Below, in pieces: positions 12,101 to 22,218 of a DNA stretch of 35,515 bases. The stretch spans positions 66,408 to 101,922 of the forward strand of contig BLSG01000061.1 of NCBI GenBank assembly GCA_012862495.1. Direction: 5' to 3'. A model generated the notes under the pieces. The model was not told the DNA's origin and did no database searches. It saw nothing but the letters and a program-made list of their open reading frames with translations. Made by a program: the position numbers and the translations under genes. Numbering within the stretch: position 1 is the stretch's first letter; the number at the start of each line of letters is the position of its first letter. Origin of the DNA: Thraustochytrium aureum (taxonomy: Eukaryota).

Positions 12101-13439
12101 GTGGCTGACGCCACGAACGCAGTATCCGATGCACCTTTACGCGGTGGTCATGAAGCGCGTCGAGGGCTGGGTTAGCCCGGACGGCCTGCAGGCCCTTCGA
12201 AATGTGCATCTCATCCGCGGCATCAAGTACGGCTCGGAGAGAAAGCAGACCCTGGACATGATGCGCCCGCTCGACATGGGCAAGGCCTACTCTACGGACG
12301 CCAAGGTCGCGGCGTCTGGCGGGCCCGTGCTCTACTGCCACGGCGGCGGCCACCTCTGCGTGACAAGCGAAATTCTCCTCCACTCTATGACGCCGCTCTG
12401 CCGCGCAGGACAGACGGTGTATTCTGTAGAGTACCCTTTGAGCCCAGACACGCGGTTCCCGATGGCAGTGCTGAGTCTTGTTAGGGCCGTGCTCTGGGTC
12501 GGGCGCAACCACTGCCCAAACCCCGAGTGCACTTTTCAATGCGCAAGGAGGAGGGTCTCTCCGCTCGACTCGCACGAGTGCGACGCCGCCTGCGGGTTGC
12601 CCGAGATTCAAGGCCACCTCTGTGCGCAGTGCGGCACCGCTCTCGGCACGCCACGAGTACAGCTCATCGGCGATTCCGCCGGCGGGAGTCTCGTCGCGAT
12701 GGCCACTGCGCTGCTCTCCAACCAAGACTTGTTTCAGCGCACCGTCGCTCTCGGCGGGGCGAGCTTTGCCGACCTGGCGGCAATTGACTTTGCGTCGTTC
12801 CCCCAAGTCATCGCCTTGTCATCTTGTACGGGCTGCTGGGGCGGCAAACTCCGGTGCTCAACAAGACAGAAGCGAGCGCGCTTGACTCGTGGATGTGGCG
12901 CTTTGTGTGCCACGTCGGGATCAGCTTCATCTTCCGCCTCTACGACCCTGACGCAGCCAAGGTTTTGGAGGTGGAGGCCGTTGAGGGCGGCGGCGGTGGC
13001 GCCGCGTTCACGCAGCGGAGCTCGCTGACCGATCTGCCTGCGAAGGACCTCGAGCGCTTTGCGCCGGAAACGCTGATGGTTTGCGGCGCCTCTGACCCGC
13101 TCCTGCCCCAGCAACGTGGCCGCCAATGAAATGCTGGCGCGGCTTGGCCACAAGAGCGATTTGCACATCGTGCCAGGGACGCACGCGTTTCACGGGTTTC
13201 CCGTCAACTGGATGCACTACCTCGGCGCGGACTGGACGAGCAACGCGCTGCCGACCACGCTGCTGATGGTGCGTTTCCTCACTGCGGGTGCCTTTGACGA
13301 GGCGGCCTGGCAAGCGAACCGCGCCAAGCAGCTGTACCGGTCCGACTACTCGCCCCTGGTCGTGTTCCCGTTCTTTTTCTTTGTGGTGCCGCTTCTGCTC
13401 ATCGCTGCGGCGGCCCGTTTGCAAACTGCGGGTCTCTGA
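9128..13439 (+). CDS. Multi-TM repeat protein fused to a C-terminal HSL-family (abhydrolase_3) lipase/esterase
   Basis: ATG at 9128 in gccgccATG context; the link across gap 9309-9519 is assumed. Four TM repeats carry (F/W)(Q/R)P(F/L)xG..(Q/E)AxxW. Hydrolase motifs: HGGG (12339-12350), GDSAGG (12669-12686), GASDPL and GTHAFHG. Frame changes at ~10120, ~10330, ~12822 and ~13108. Intron 12046-12099 joins the two halves in frame. Confidence 0.75.
12046..12099 (+). other. Putative 54-nt GT-AG spliceosomal intron
   Basis: GTGGGT donor, TTGAC branch-like site and TTTTCAG acceptor. Removal deletes the TGA at 12066 and gives ...VLPLLRWLTPRTQYPMHLY in frame. Confidence 0.65.
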
Positions 13440-13519
13440 GGCGGTAGGGAATCGGGCAAGGGCTGCTGGTCGTTCGTTTTTCAATCAAGAACACAAGTCG
13501 TTGTTGCTTGCTGCTCGAG

Positions 13520-15004
13520 CTAGAGAGGGTCGTGGCGAGTCGAGGGCCTCCGCGGAATGGAAGAGCTCTGATCCCGCATCATCTCGCAAAACTCCTCGTA
13601 GGAGATGTTTCCGTCGTTGTTCAGGTCGAGACGCTTAAAGTCCTCCTCCAGAGACTGCGGCGTGTCGTCACCGTAAACCGCGCGGAGCTCGTCGAGCGAA
13701 AGGCCCCCGCTTCCGTCCAGATCAAACGTGTCAAAAGCAAACTTGAGGTAGTTCTTCTGCAGGTAGACCGACTCGTTGAGCGCCGCAGCCACAAACTCGC
13801 TGAGGTCAATCAGCCCGTTGCGGTCCAGGTCGGCGTTCTGCACGATTTCGGCGAGCTCCTCTGCAGAGGCGAGAACGTTGAAGGCGTTGATTTGCTTTGA
13901 CTCGTCGAGAATGGCGCGCGCTAGGTCCTCAACCTGGATCGCGCCGCGGTTGTCGCGGTCGAGGCTGGCAAAGATCTCGCGAAGCTTGATCATGTACTTG
14001 TCCTTGTCGTCCTTGGTGCTGCTGGCGGCGATGTGGCGCGCGATCACGCGCAACGTGGCCTTCTTGAGCTTGATGTGCGACTGGAACGACCGCATGTTGC
14101 TCAGCGCGGCGCGCAGGGGCATTTCATGGCCCTCGCCGAGCTGCCGGATCCACTTGTGTTCAAGCGCCTCCGAGGCCGACAAGCGCTCCAGCGGGTTGAC
14201 GTGCATGAGGCCCCGCACGAGCGAGATGGCGCTCTCGGAGACGTCCGCCCACGCCGGATCGTCAAACGTGTACTGGGCGCGGGAGACGCTGCGCATGATC
14301 TCGTCGTCTGTGGTGCCTGCAAAGGGGACCTTGCCACACAAGAGAATGTACAGGATCACGCCTGTGCTCCACGTGTCGCACTTTTCGGTGTAGTTGCGGT
14401 CCAGCACCTCTGGGGCCACGTACGAGGGGCTCCCGCAGCTGCTGTGCATGAAGTCGTCGTCGCGCAAGTCGCAGGTCATGCCGAAGTCGATGAGGCGCAG
14501 CGCCGCGTCGTTCTCGGGGCCGGAGAACAAGAGGTTTTTCCGGCTTTAGGTCCCTGTGCACAAGGTGCAGCTCGGTGTGCAAGTACTCTATCGCGAGGAG
14601 GACCTGCCTGATCAGCACCGCGGCGTCCGTCTCGCTGAACGTGCCGCGGTCGATGATGCGGTCGAACAGCTCGCCGCCGGTGCACAGCTCCGAGATAAGG
14701 TGCACTGCCTCGCGGTCCTCGACGACGTCGACCACCCCGACAACGTGCGGGTGATTGAGCCGTTGCAGTATGCGCACCTCGTTCCTGAGCTCGTCGACGT
14801 TGTCCGCGTCCGCCTTGAGCAGCGTTTTACAGGCGAAAAAGGCGCCTGGGTGCGCTTTGTCTCGCACGCGCCTCACGACGCCAAAGCGGCCGGTTCCAAT
14901 CTCCTCGAGAACTTCGTACTTGTCCTCGAGCTCGCCAAGCGTCCCGCCGGGCACCACCAAATCATCCCCAGCGAACGGGTTCAGCTTGTCCATAATGGAC
15001 CCCC
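13520..15004 (-). CDS. CDPK: Calcium-dependent protein kinase (kinase domain, junction and 4 EF hands); 5' end in or at the gap
   Basis: Kinase motifs IGTGRFGVV, ACK, ELCTGGELFDRI, HRDLKPEN (extra A at ~14536), DFG, YVAPE and CDTWSTGV. EF loops DRDNRGAIQVED, DLDRNGLIDLSE, DLDGSGGLSLDE and DLNNDGNISYEE. Confidence 0.93.
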
Positions 15005-15521
15005 NNNNNNNNNNNNNNNNNNNNNNNNNNNNNNNNNNNNNNNNNNNNNNNNNNNNNNNNNNNNNNNNNNNNNNNNNNNNNNNNNNNNNNNNNNNNNNNN
15101 NNNNNNNNNNNNNNNNNNNNNNNNNNNNNNNNNNNNNNNNNNNNNNNNNNNNNNNNNNNNNNNNNNNNNNNNNNNNNNNNNNNNNNNNNNNNNNNNNNNN
15201 NNNNNNNNNNNNNNNNNNNNNNNNNNNNNNNNNNNNNNNNNNNNNNNNNNNNNNNNNNNNNNNNNNNNNNNNNNNNNNNNNNNNNNNNNNNNNNNNNNNN
15301 NNNNNNNNNNNNNNNNNNNNNNNNNNNNNNNNNNNNNNNNNNNNNNNNNNNNNNNNNNNNNNNNNNNNNNNNNNNNNNNNNNNNNNNNNNNNNNNNNNNN
15401 NNNNNNNNNNNNNNNNNNNNNNNNNNNNNNNNNNNNNNNNNNNNNNNNNNNNNNNNNNNNNNNNNNNNNNNNNNNNNNNNNNNNNNNNNNNNNNNNNNNN
15501 NNNNNNNNNNNNNNNNNNNNN

Positions 15522-15630
15522 GGTCGTGGTCGTGGTTGTGGTTGTGGTTGTTGTGCTGCTGCTGCTGGTGTTGGTGCCGCTGGTGCTGGTGCTGCTGGTG
15601 CTGGTGCCGTGGTGCTCGTGCTGGTGCTGG
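15522..15630 (+). repeat. Compound trinucleotide/hexanucleotide low-complexity repeat (GGT/GCT/GGTTGT)
   Basis: ggtcgtggtcgtggttgtggttgtggttgttgtgctgctgctgctggtg... abutting a gap. Confidence 0.85.
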
Positions 15631-15656
15631 AGCCGGACCTGCTGGGGCTGCGGGAG

Positions 15657-16256
15657 ATGGACGATGTGAACGCGTTCGTCAAGGTGCTGATCAAGACGTC
15701 GCCACTGCAGGCGCAGGATATTTCCGATTTGAGAGACGCGTTCGAGTTTTTCAGGACCAGCGGGGAGTCGAGGCTGTACGTGGACGCCAAGCAAGCCGTG
15801 CGCATCCTTCGGAAGTTTGGCCTCCCCGGCGCGGCGCTGGAGGAAAATGGTGGCATACTCGTGCAAGACGGCACGCAGCCAAAGCTGCTCGTGAACGAGC
15901 AAGAGTTTCTCCTCGCTGCTGCGCGGCTCTTTCGCGTAGAGCAGCGTGGACTCTTACGCGAGCAGGACTTTATACTCAACGAGGACCAGGTCGCGGCGCA
16001 GAGAGCCGCACGCCTCTTCCGGGCACTCGATCCGAACGCCACCGGGCGAGTCGGGTTTCAGGAGGCCAAATTCGGCTTGATGTCTATTGGCTGCAAGCGC
16101 GTGGACGACGACGCAACCGCCGACTTTTGCGACCTCGTGGCGAGTCTAGAGCGCGTTGCCACGCAGGACGAGCAAGAGCCTCGCTATTTTGAACTCGACG
16201 AGTTTGTTGCGTTTGCAGCGCCGATCATTCGCCCTTCCGTCCCGGTATGCTTTTGA
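15657..16256 (+). CDS. Divergent EF-hand (calmodulin/centrin-like) protein
   Basis: MDDVNAF...; DLRDAFEFF; RLFRALDPNATGRVGFQE (EF-hand loop); FELDEFVAF. The start is uncertain because the frame is open upstream into the repeat and gap. Confidence 0.6.
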   Translation: MDDVNAFVKVLIKTSPLQAQDISDLRDAFEFFRTSGESRLYVDAKQAVRILRKFGLPGAALEENGGILVQDGTQPKLLVNEQEFLLAAARLFRVEQRGLLREQDFILNEDQVAAQRAARLFRALDPNATGRVGFQEAKFGLMSIGCKRVDDDATADFCDLVASLERVATQDEQEPRYFELDEFVAFAAPIIRPSVPVCF

Positions 16257-16388
16257 GAACAGCATAGATGCGAGTCGGGCGCAGTTTCAGGGCAAGCCCT
16301 TTCGGCCAAGACCAGAACTCAGTTCAGAAATCAAGGGGCAATGTGTTTGCTTCGCTTTGTTTTGTTTTCCGCGAGATCAGGTACAGTC

Positions 16389-17011
16389 TCAGGCAGAGAC
16401 CCACCTGATCGTCTTGCCGTCCACCTTGTCTCCAATGCGGACGCTTCGCAGGTCATCCACTGAAACCCAAGAGCATTGGCACGCGTAGGCCGCCGAGCCC
16501 GGACTGTCTTCGAGCTGCGCAGCCATCTTACGCCTGTCTGGCGCCGCGTTGCGGAAAAACATGTAGTCTGCGTCCCAGGACCAGGCCTTGCCAGGCCAAC
16601 GCTCCACCTGAAAGTCGCATTGCACGCACCGCAAGGACTGCGTGGCCACCTTCATCGCAAGCGAGCCGCTGCGGCCGACGCGCGCGTTCTCCCCGCCCAA
16701 AACGGCCTGCCTGCCGCTAGCGGCGCCCTCGGCCTCGCCGTCCGAGTCAGAGTCCGCGGCAGGCGTCCTGGAGTATCGACCGCCGCTTTTCGCGCTCCGC
16801 GCGCTTGGCAAGCGCGAGGCCTCGTCGTCGAGGTCGAGGTCGAGCTCGCGCAGCAAGTCGTCAACGCCACCACCAGACGCCCGCCTCGCGCCAGACTTGG
16901 CTGTCCCAAGCGCGTGGCTGGGCGCCCTCTCGCCTTGTCCAGCCTTTGACTCGACCCTTTCGCCATGCCGAAGGCATCGTCTGCGAGCAAGTCGTCCAGA
17001 TCGTGGTCCAT
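16389..17011 (-). CDS. CFAP418: Cilia- and flagella-associated protein 418 (C8orf37, retinal maintenance domain)
   Basis: N-terminus MDHDLDDLL. C-terminal LRCVQCDFQV...W..DADYMFFRN..PD......L....G..AYACQCSW...RWV matches the family pattern. One frameshift at ~16955. Confidence 0.88.
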
Positions 17012-17377
17012 CGGCCCCACTCAGGACCGGAGCCACAGGACGCTGGCTGCAGCAACCGCGACAAATGGCAAGCGTGGCTGCCGCTGTGTGCGCAGCGGCT
17101 CCCTGCTGCGGTCGCGGTTGCCGAGCCCCGTTGCGACTTGCTGCCGCAGGCGCATGCAAGAAAAAGTTTCCGTTACCTGTCAATTCGTGAAACGCGACGT
17201 GCCATTCGTGATCAAGGCAACTCACTGGCGGCCGGGATTAGCAGAGGAGGCAGCCTTCAGCTAGAGCGCGTCTTCATTGTGTTAGAGTCTTATCCGTAGT
17301 CGACCACTCGCGCCGTGGATCATCATCGAATCGATGCTCCCTCTAGAGAAAGCTACGCCAAGGTCTGCTTGCCGGCG

Positions 17378-18306
17378 CTAGTAGTACGGCACGCCGAAAA
17401 CCTGCTCGTCAAAGGCCTTTTCTCCTCGGATCGGCCGCTACGCGTGACCCTTCGCTCGTCCTCCGCTCGCAAGACGTCGCGGTCGTACATGGGGTGAAAC
17501 GGCGGCTGCATCACCGCGAGCTGCGCAGGCGTCATGCCCTCGAGGAACTCGGGTGGCCAACGGGGACTGCAGTACCCACGCGCGAATGCGACGTGCGATG
17601 GCGCGAAACGGAAAAGCGCCATGCGGCGCGTGTGCTCCGCCACCCATGGCAAGCAGCCATGTATGGTGGCCTCGCTGAAGATAATTACGTCGCCAGCGCG
17701 GGTCTCTGGCTGCTCGACGCAAGTCTTGAAGAATGCGGCGTCCTCGCCGTTCATCATCTCCGGCGTTGCCGCAAAGTTCATCTTGTGCGACCCACGCACC
17801 ACGCAAAACCCGCCGTCGCCGGCTCGGCAGTCCGTCAGCTGAAAGGCCACCGCCAGCAGCGTGTTGTACACGTCCCCTTGCTTGCAGACGTACTGGAGGT
17901 GCGGGTTGAAGCGCCCGTCCGGCAAAAGCGGGCCGCCATGGAGGCCGAACCCCTCGCTTCCCTTGGTTTGCGCGACGACAAGTGGCGAATGGTCCAAGCG
18001 GTACCCTTCCCCGACGAGCATGGTCAAGTACGGCAGGAGATTCGGGTGGCACAACATCTCCCGGAACACTTCCCTGTGAGGCGCCTTCCAGCCGAGCATG
18101 CCAGCCATGTCGAATCGCCCCGTCTTCTGGTCCCCCGAGAATACCGTGCCGTCCTCGGAGTTGCGCAGGCCGCCGGTTCGCTCGACAAACGCATGCGCTC
18201 CCACAGCGTCATTCGCCGCAGCGAGCTCCGCCGCGCTCAACACGCCAGGAACGTGAACAAACCCATTCAGGTCGAACAACACTTTGGCCCTCTGCAGCGC
18301 CGCCAT
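17378..18306 (-). CDS. Phytanoyl-CoA dioxygenase (PhyH)-family Fe(II)/2-oxoglutarate enzyme
   Basis: Motifs FDLNGFVHVPGVLS, LHGG, GGFCVVRGSHK, AGDVIIFSEATIHG and RRMALFRF. Restoring one A at ~17420 gives the C-terminus EEKKAFDEQVFGVPYY* (stop at 17378). Confidence 0.85.
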
Positions 18307-19859
18307 CTATTCGTGGCTTCCAGGCCTGCGTTTCAGGCGCGCCCTGCACGGCCGCACGGTCTGCTTCAACGAGCAGAAAAAACGCTGTCGAGCGAGCTCT
18401 GGCTTCAGCGATGCTGACCACGACGTCGAAGCTGAGAGTAGAGAGCGAGCGTGGTCCTCAAAGAGCAGAGCAGCACAAGTCTCCAAGCTTGCACGTCTCT
18501 ACGACAGCGCCTGCACGACCCCCCAACGGCAGCAGCCCGCCCTGCCCGTCAACCTGCTTTCAGTCCACGCTCTGCTCGAACCCGCCGAAACGAGTTGCTC
18601 AGCTTCGCGCATTTTTGGCCAAAGCGCGTGACGGCTTTCCTTTAGACAGGCACTGCGCTCATTACGCAGCGCTGTGAGCGCCTTTCGGTCCGGCGTGGCG
18701 AAGGCTAGAGACGCGCAGTCGACCTCGCGCCGCACCGGGCCTGGAAGGACGCTGTCGGCCACCTCGACGGGGTGCGCGAGCTGGCGCCTGCGTCAAAAAA
18801 AATCTGCAAAATCTCGTCACACGGTCAACCTAGCGTTACGACACTTCTGACTGGCGCTGCGCAGACAGGAAGCGTCCGTGGAACGCCTGAGTTGTCTCGT
18901 CACATAGGGTTCTCTTGTGACGAGACTGCTGACGGACGTTGCGCGGACAGCGACGTCACGTCACATAAGTGTCTACAGTCACGCGAAAGCCCTGTGGAAC
19001 GGCCTCCGATGCGCGTCACAGGCGGCGCGGTAGTTACGAGGAAACGGTCGCCNNNNNNNNNNNNNNNNNNNNNNNNNNNNNNNNNNNNNNNNNNNNNNNN
19101 NNNNNNNNNNNNNNNNNNNNNNNNNNNNNNNNNNNNNNNNNNNNNNNNNNNNNNNNNNNNNNNNNNNNNNNNNNNNNNNNNNNNNNNNNNNNNNNNNNNN
19201 NNNNNNNNNNNNNNNNNNNNNNNNNNNNNNNNNNNNNNNNNNNNNNNNNNNNNNNNNNNNNNNNNNNNNNNNNNNNNNNNNNNNNNNNNNNNNNNNNNNN
19301 NNNNNNNNNNNNNNNNNNNNNNNNNNNNNNNNNNNNNNNNNNNNNNNNNNNNNNNNNNNNNNNNNNNNNNNNNNNNNNNNNNNNNNNNNNNNNNNNNNNN
19401 NNNNNNNNNNNNNNNNNNNNNNNNNNNNNNNNNNNNNNNNNNNNNNNNNNNNNNNNNNNNNNNNNNNNNNNNNNNNNNNNNNNNNNNNNNNNNNNNNNNN
19501 NNNNNNNNNNNNNNNNNNNNNNNNNNNNNNNNNNNNNNNNNNNNNNNNNNNNNNNNNNNNNNNNNNNNNNNNNNNNNNNNNNNNNNNNNNNNNNNNNNNN
19601 NNNNNNNNNNNNNNNNNNNNNNNNNNNNNNNNNNNNNNNNNNNNNNNNNNNNNNNNNNNNNNNNNNNNNNNNNNNNNNNNNNNNNNNNNNNNNNNNNNNN
19701 NNNNNNNNNNNNNNNNNNNNNNNNNNNNNNNNNNNNNNNNNNNNNNNNNNNNNNNNNNNNNNNNNNNNNNNNNNNNNNNNNNNNNNNNNNNNNNNNNNNN
19801 NNNNNNNNNNNNNNNNNNNNNNNNNNNNNNNNNNNNNNNNNNNNNNNNNNNNNNNNNNN

Positions 19860-20712
19860 AGCGCCCCCACCCACCGTTGGCGAGGACATGTGGCAGCGCG
19901 AGTTTGAAGCGTCAAAGTACCAGTGGCTCGCAACCTACTTTGACATTTCCGCCCACGGCAGCGTCTCGGTGCGCGGCTACATCAACGGCCTGCGACCTAG
20001 AAGCGAAAATCCCGGGCTGTATGACCAGCTCGCCGAGTTGCTGGCGATCGCGCTTCCGCGACTCGAAGCTGTCCTTTGGTATGGCTCCAACCTTGTGTTG
20101 GGCGAGGAAGGGAGCGTTCACAACTCTACGACGCACCGCTCGCTGCGCGACACTGCACTTCAAGCAATCGTCAAGATCGTCGACTACGAGCTCAAACCAG
20201 GCGAAACGTACGAGGGCGTTTGGCACGTCGAGGGAATGAGTCACGAGCGAATTGCTGCGACCTGCCTCTTCGTGGTGGACCGCGACAACTGTGTCGAGGG
20301 TGGCGACCTGTACTTCAAGCGAGCTTTCACTGACGACGACCACGATTCAGCCACTCACCACCTCCACAGCGACTCTGACCTGGGAGGCGCGCTCGCGAAT
20401 ATCCTTTCGGCGGGGGCTCTTCCGCTGGGACACCTGGCCACGCCAGCTGGCCGCTTGTTGGTGTTCCCCAACTCGCACATCCACCGAATTAGCGCCATGG
20501 TAAACCGCGGAACAGCCCCTGCCCGCCGCCGCATCGTCGCCTTTTTCGTGGTGGACCCGGCCCACCGAATCGTGTCCACGCAAGAGGTGCCCGACCAGCG
20601 CGGCACGATGACGCTCGAAAAGGCTCGCGAGCACCGCTTGGCGCTCATGGAGGAGCGAAGCCGCTACAAACGCAACTGGAACCTGCGCGAAGTCAACCTT
20701 TGCGAGCATTAG
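19860..20712 (+). CDS. DUF4246-family protein (2OG-Fe(II) oxygenase-like fold), 5'-truncated by the gap
   Basis: Motifs YQWLA, YINGL, IVKIVDYELKPG, WHVEGMSHERI, GRLLVFPN...HR, FFVVDP..RIVST..VP.Q, AREHRLALMEER and terminal NLCEH*. Confidence 0.85.
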
Positions 20713-22218
20713 ATTTGGGCAGGCGAAAGGCGAAAATAATCAGAGATTCTATTCCCGAGCAGAGTCACACTACGGAACTCCACAGGCGGGTCCAGGAAAC
20801 TGTCGGACCGCCCACGGTCCGCCAGTATATCGAGAGCACGCGTTGCAGAAGCACCCAGAGAATATGCTACCCGCCTGCGGCATAAGCCAGCTTACTCGCG
20901 CCACCGTTTATGATTTTCTCTGCGCACCATGGTTGACGCGCCCTTGTAGGATTTGTTTTTGCAAGCGTGGTTGCAGCTCCGGATCTTGATCCTTAGCTGG
21001 GGGAAAAGCGGTCCGCGGTCGTGTCGACAATCCGCCCAGGCTGTGCCTCGAGAGGCGCCGCAGCGCGACCGCGAGCGTGGCCAGTGACACCAGCCACCTT
21101 GCAACCGTACCTTTCTTGCTCCAACCAACCAATGTCGTTGGCGCGGATTCCGCGACAAGCCCAGCGAGCAAACCGCGGCCTTGCGTTGCGCACACCACAA
21201 CCAGCTAGCTACGTACAGTCCATTATGGGCGATGCACGCGGGAAGAACATCGTGACCTCGGCGGGGAGCTCCGACTCGAAGACGACGGCAACCTGCATGG
21301 CGGTGGGCCGCGCCGCGCGGCTGCCGTTCCAGCAGGACGCGTCCATGTCGCACGTCGCCGTCCATCTCGGANNNNNNNNNNNNNNNNNNNNNNNNNNNNN
21401 NNNNNNNNNNNNNNNNNNNNNNNNNNNNNNNNNNNNNNNNNNNNNNNNNNNNNNNNNNNNNNNNNNNNNNNNNNNNNNNNNNNNNNNNNNNNNNNNNNNN
21501 NNNNNNNNNNNNNNNNNNNNNNNNNNNNNNNNNNNNNNNNNNNNNNNNNNNNNNNNNNNNNNNNNNNNNNNNNNNNNNNNNNNNNNNNNNNNNNNNNNNN
21601 NNNNNNNNNNNNNNNNNNNNNNNNNNNNNNNNNNNNNNNNNNNNNNNNNNNNNNNNNNNNNNNNNNNNNNNNNNNNNNNNNNNNNNNNNNNNNNNNNNNN
21701 NNNNNNNNNNNNNNNNNNNNNNNNNNNNNNNNNNNNNNNNNNNNNNNNNNNNNNNNNNNNNNNNNNNNNNNNNNNNNNNNNNNNNNNNNNNNNNNNNNNN
21801 NNNNNNNNNNNNNNNNNNNNNNNNNNNNNNNNNNNNNNNNNNNNNNNNNNNNNNNNNNNNNNNNNNNNNNNNNNNNNNNNNNNNNNNNNNNNNNNNNNNN
21901 NNNNNNNNNNNNNNNNNNNNNNNNNNNNNNNNNNNNNNNNNNNNNNNNNNNNNNNNNNNNNNNNNNNNNNNNNNNNNNNNNNNNNNNNNNNNNNNNNNNN
22001 NNNNNNNNNNNNNNNNNNNNNNNNNNNNNNNNNNNNNNNNNNNNNNNNNNNNNNNNNNNNNNNNNNNNNNNNNNNNNNNNNNNNNNNNNNNNNNNNNNNN
22101 NNNNNNNNNNNNNNNNNNNNNNNNNNNNNNNNNNNNNNNNNNNNNNNNNNNNNNNNNNNNNNNNNNNNNNNNNNNNNNNNNNNNNNNNNNNNNNNNNNNN
22201 NNNNNNNNNNNNNNNNNN

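Noticed and set aside
15522..15630. Low-complexity tract as the CDPK N-terminus (APAPAAP...QPQP on the minus strand)
   Set aside because: No minus-strand ATG lies between it and the EF-hand gene start, and it cannot be linked across the gap.
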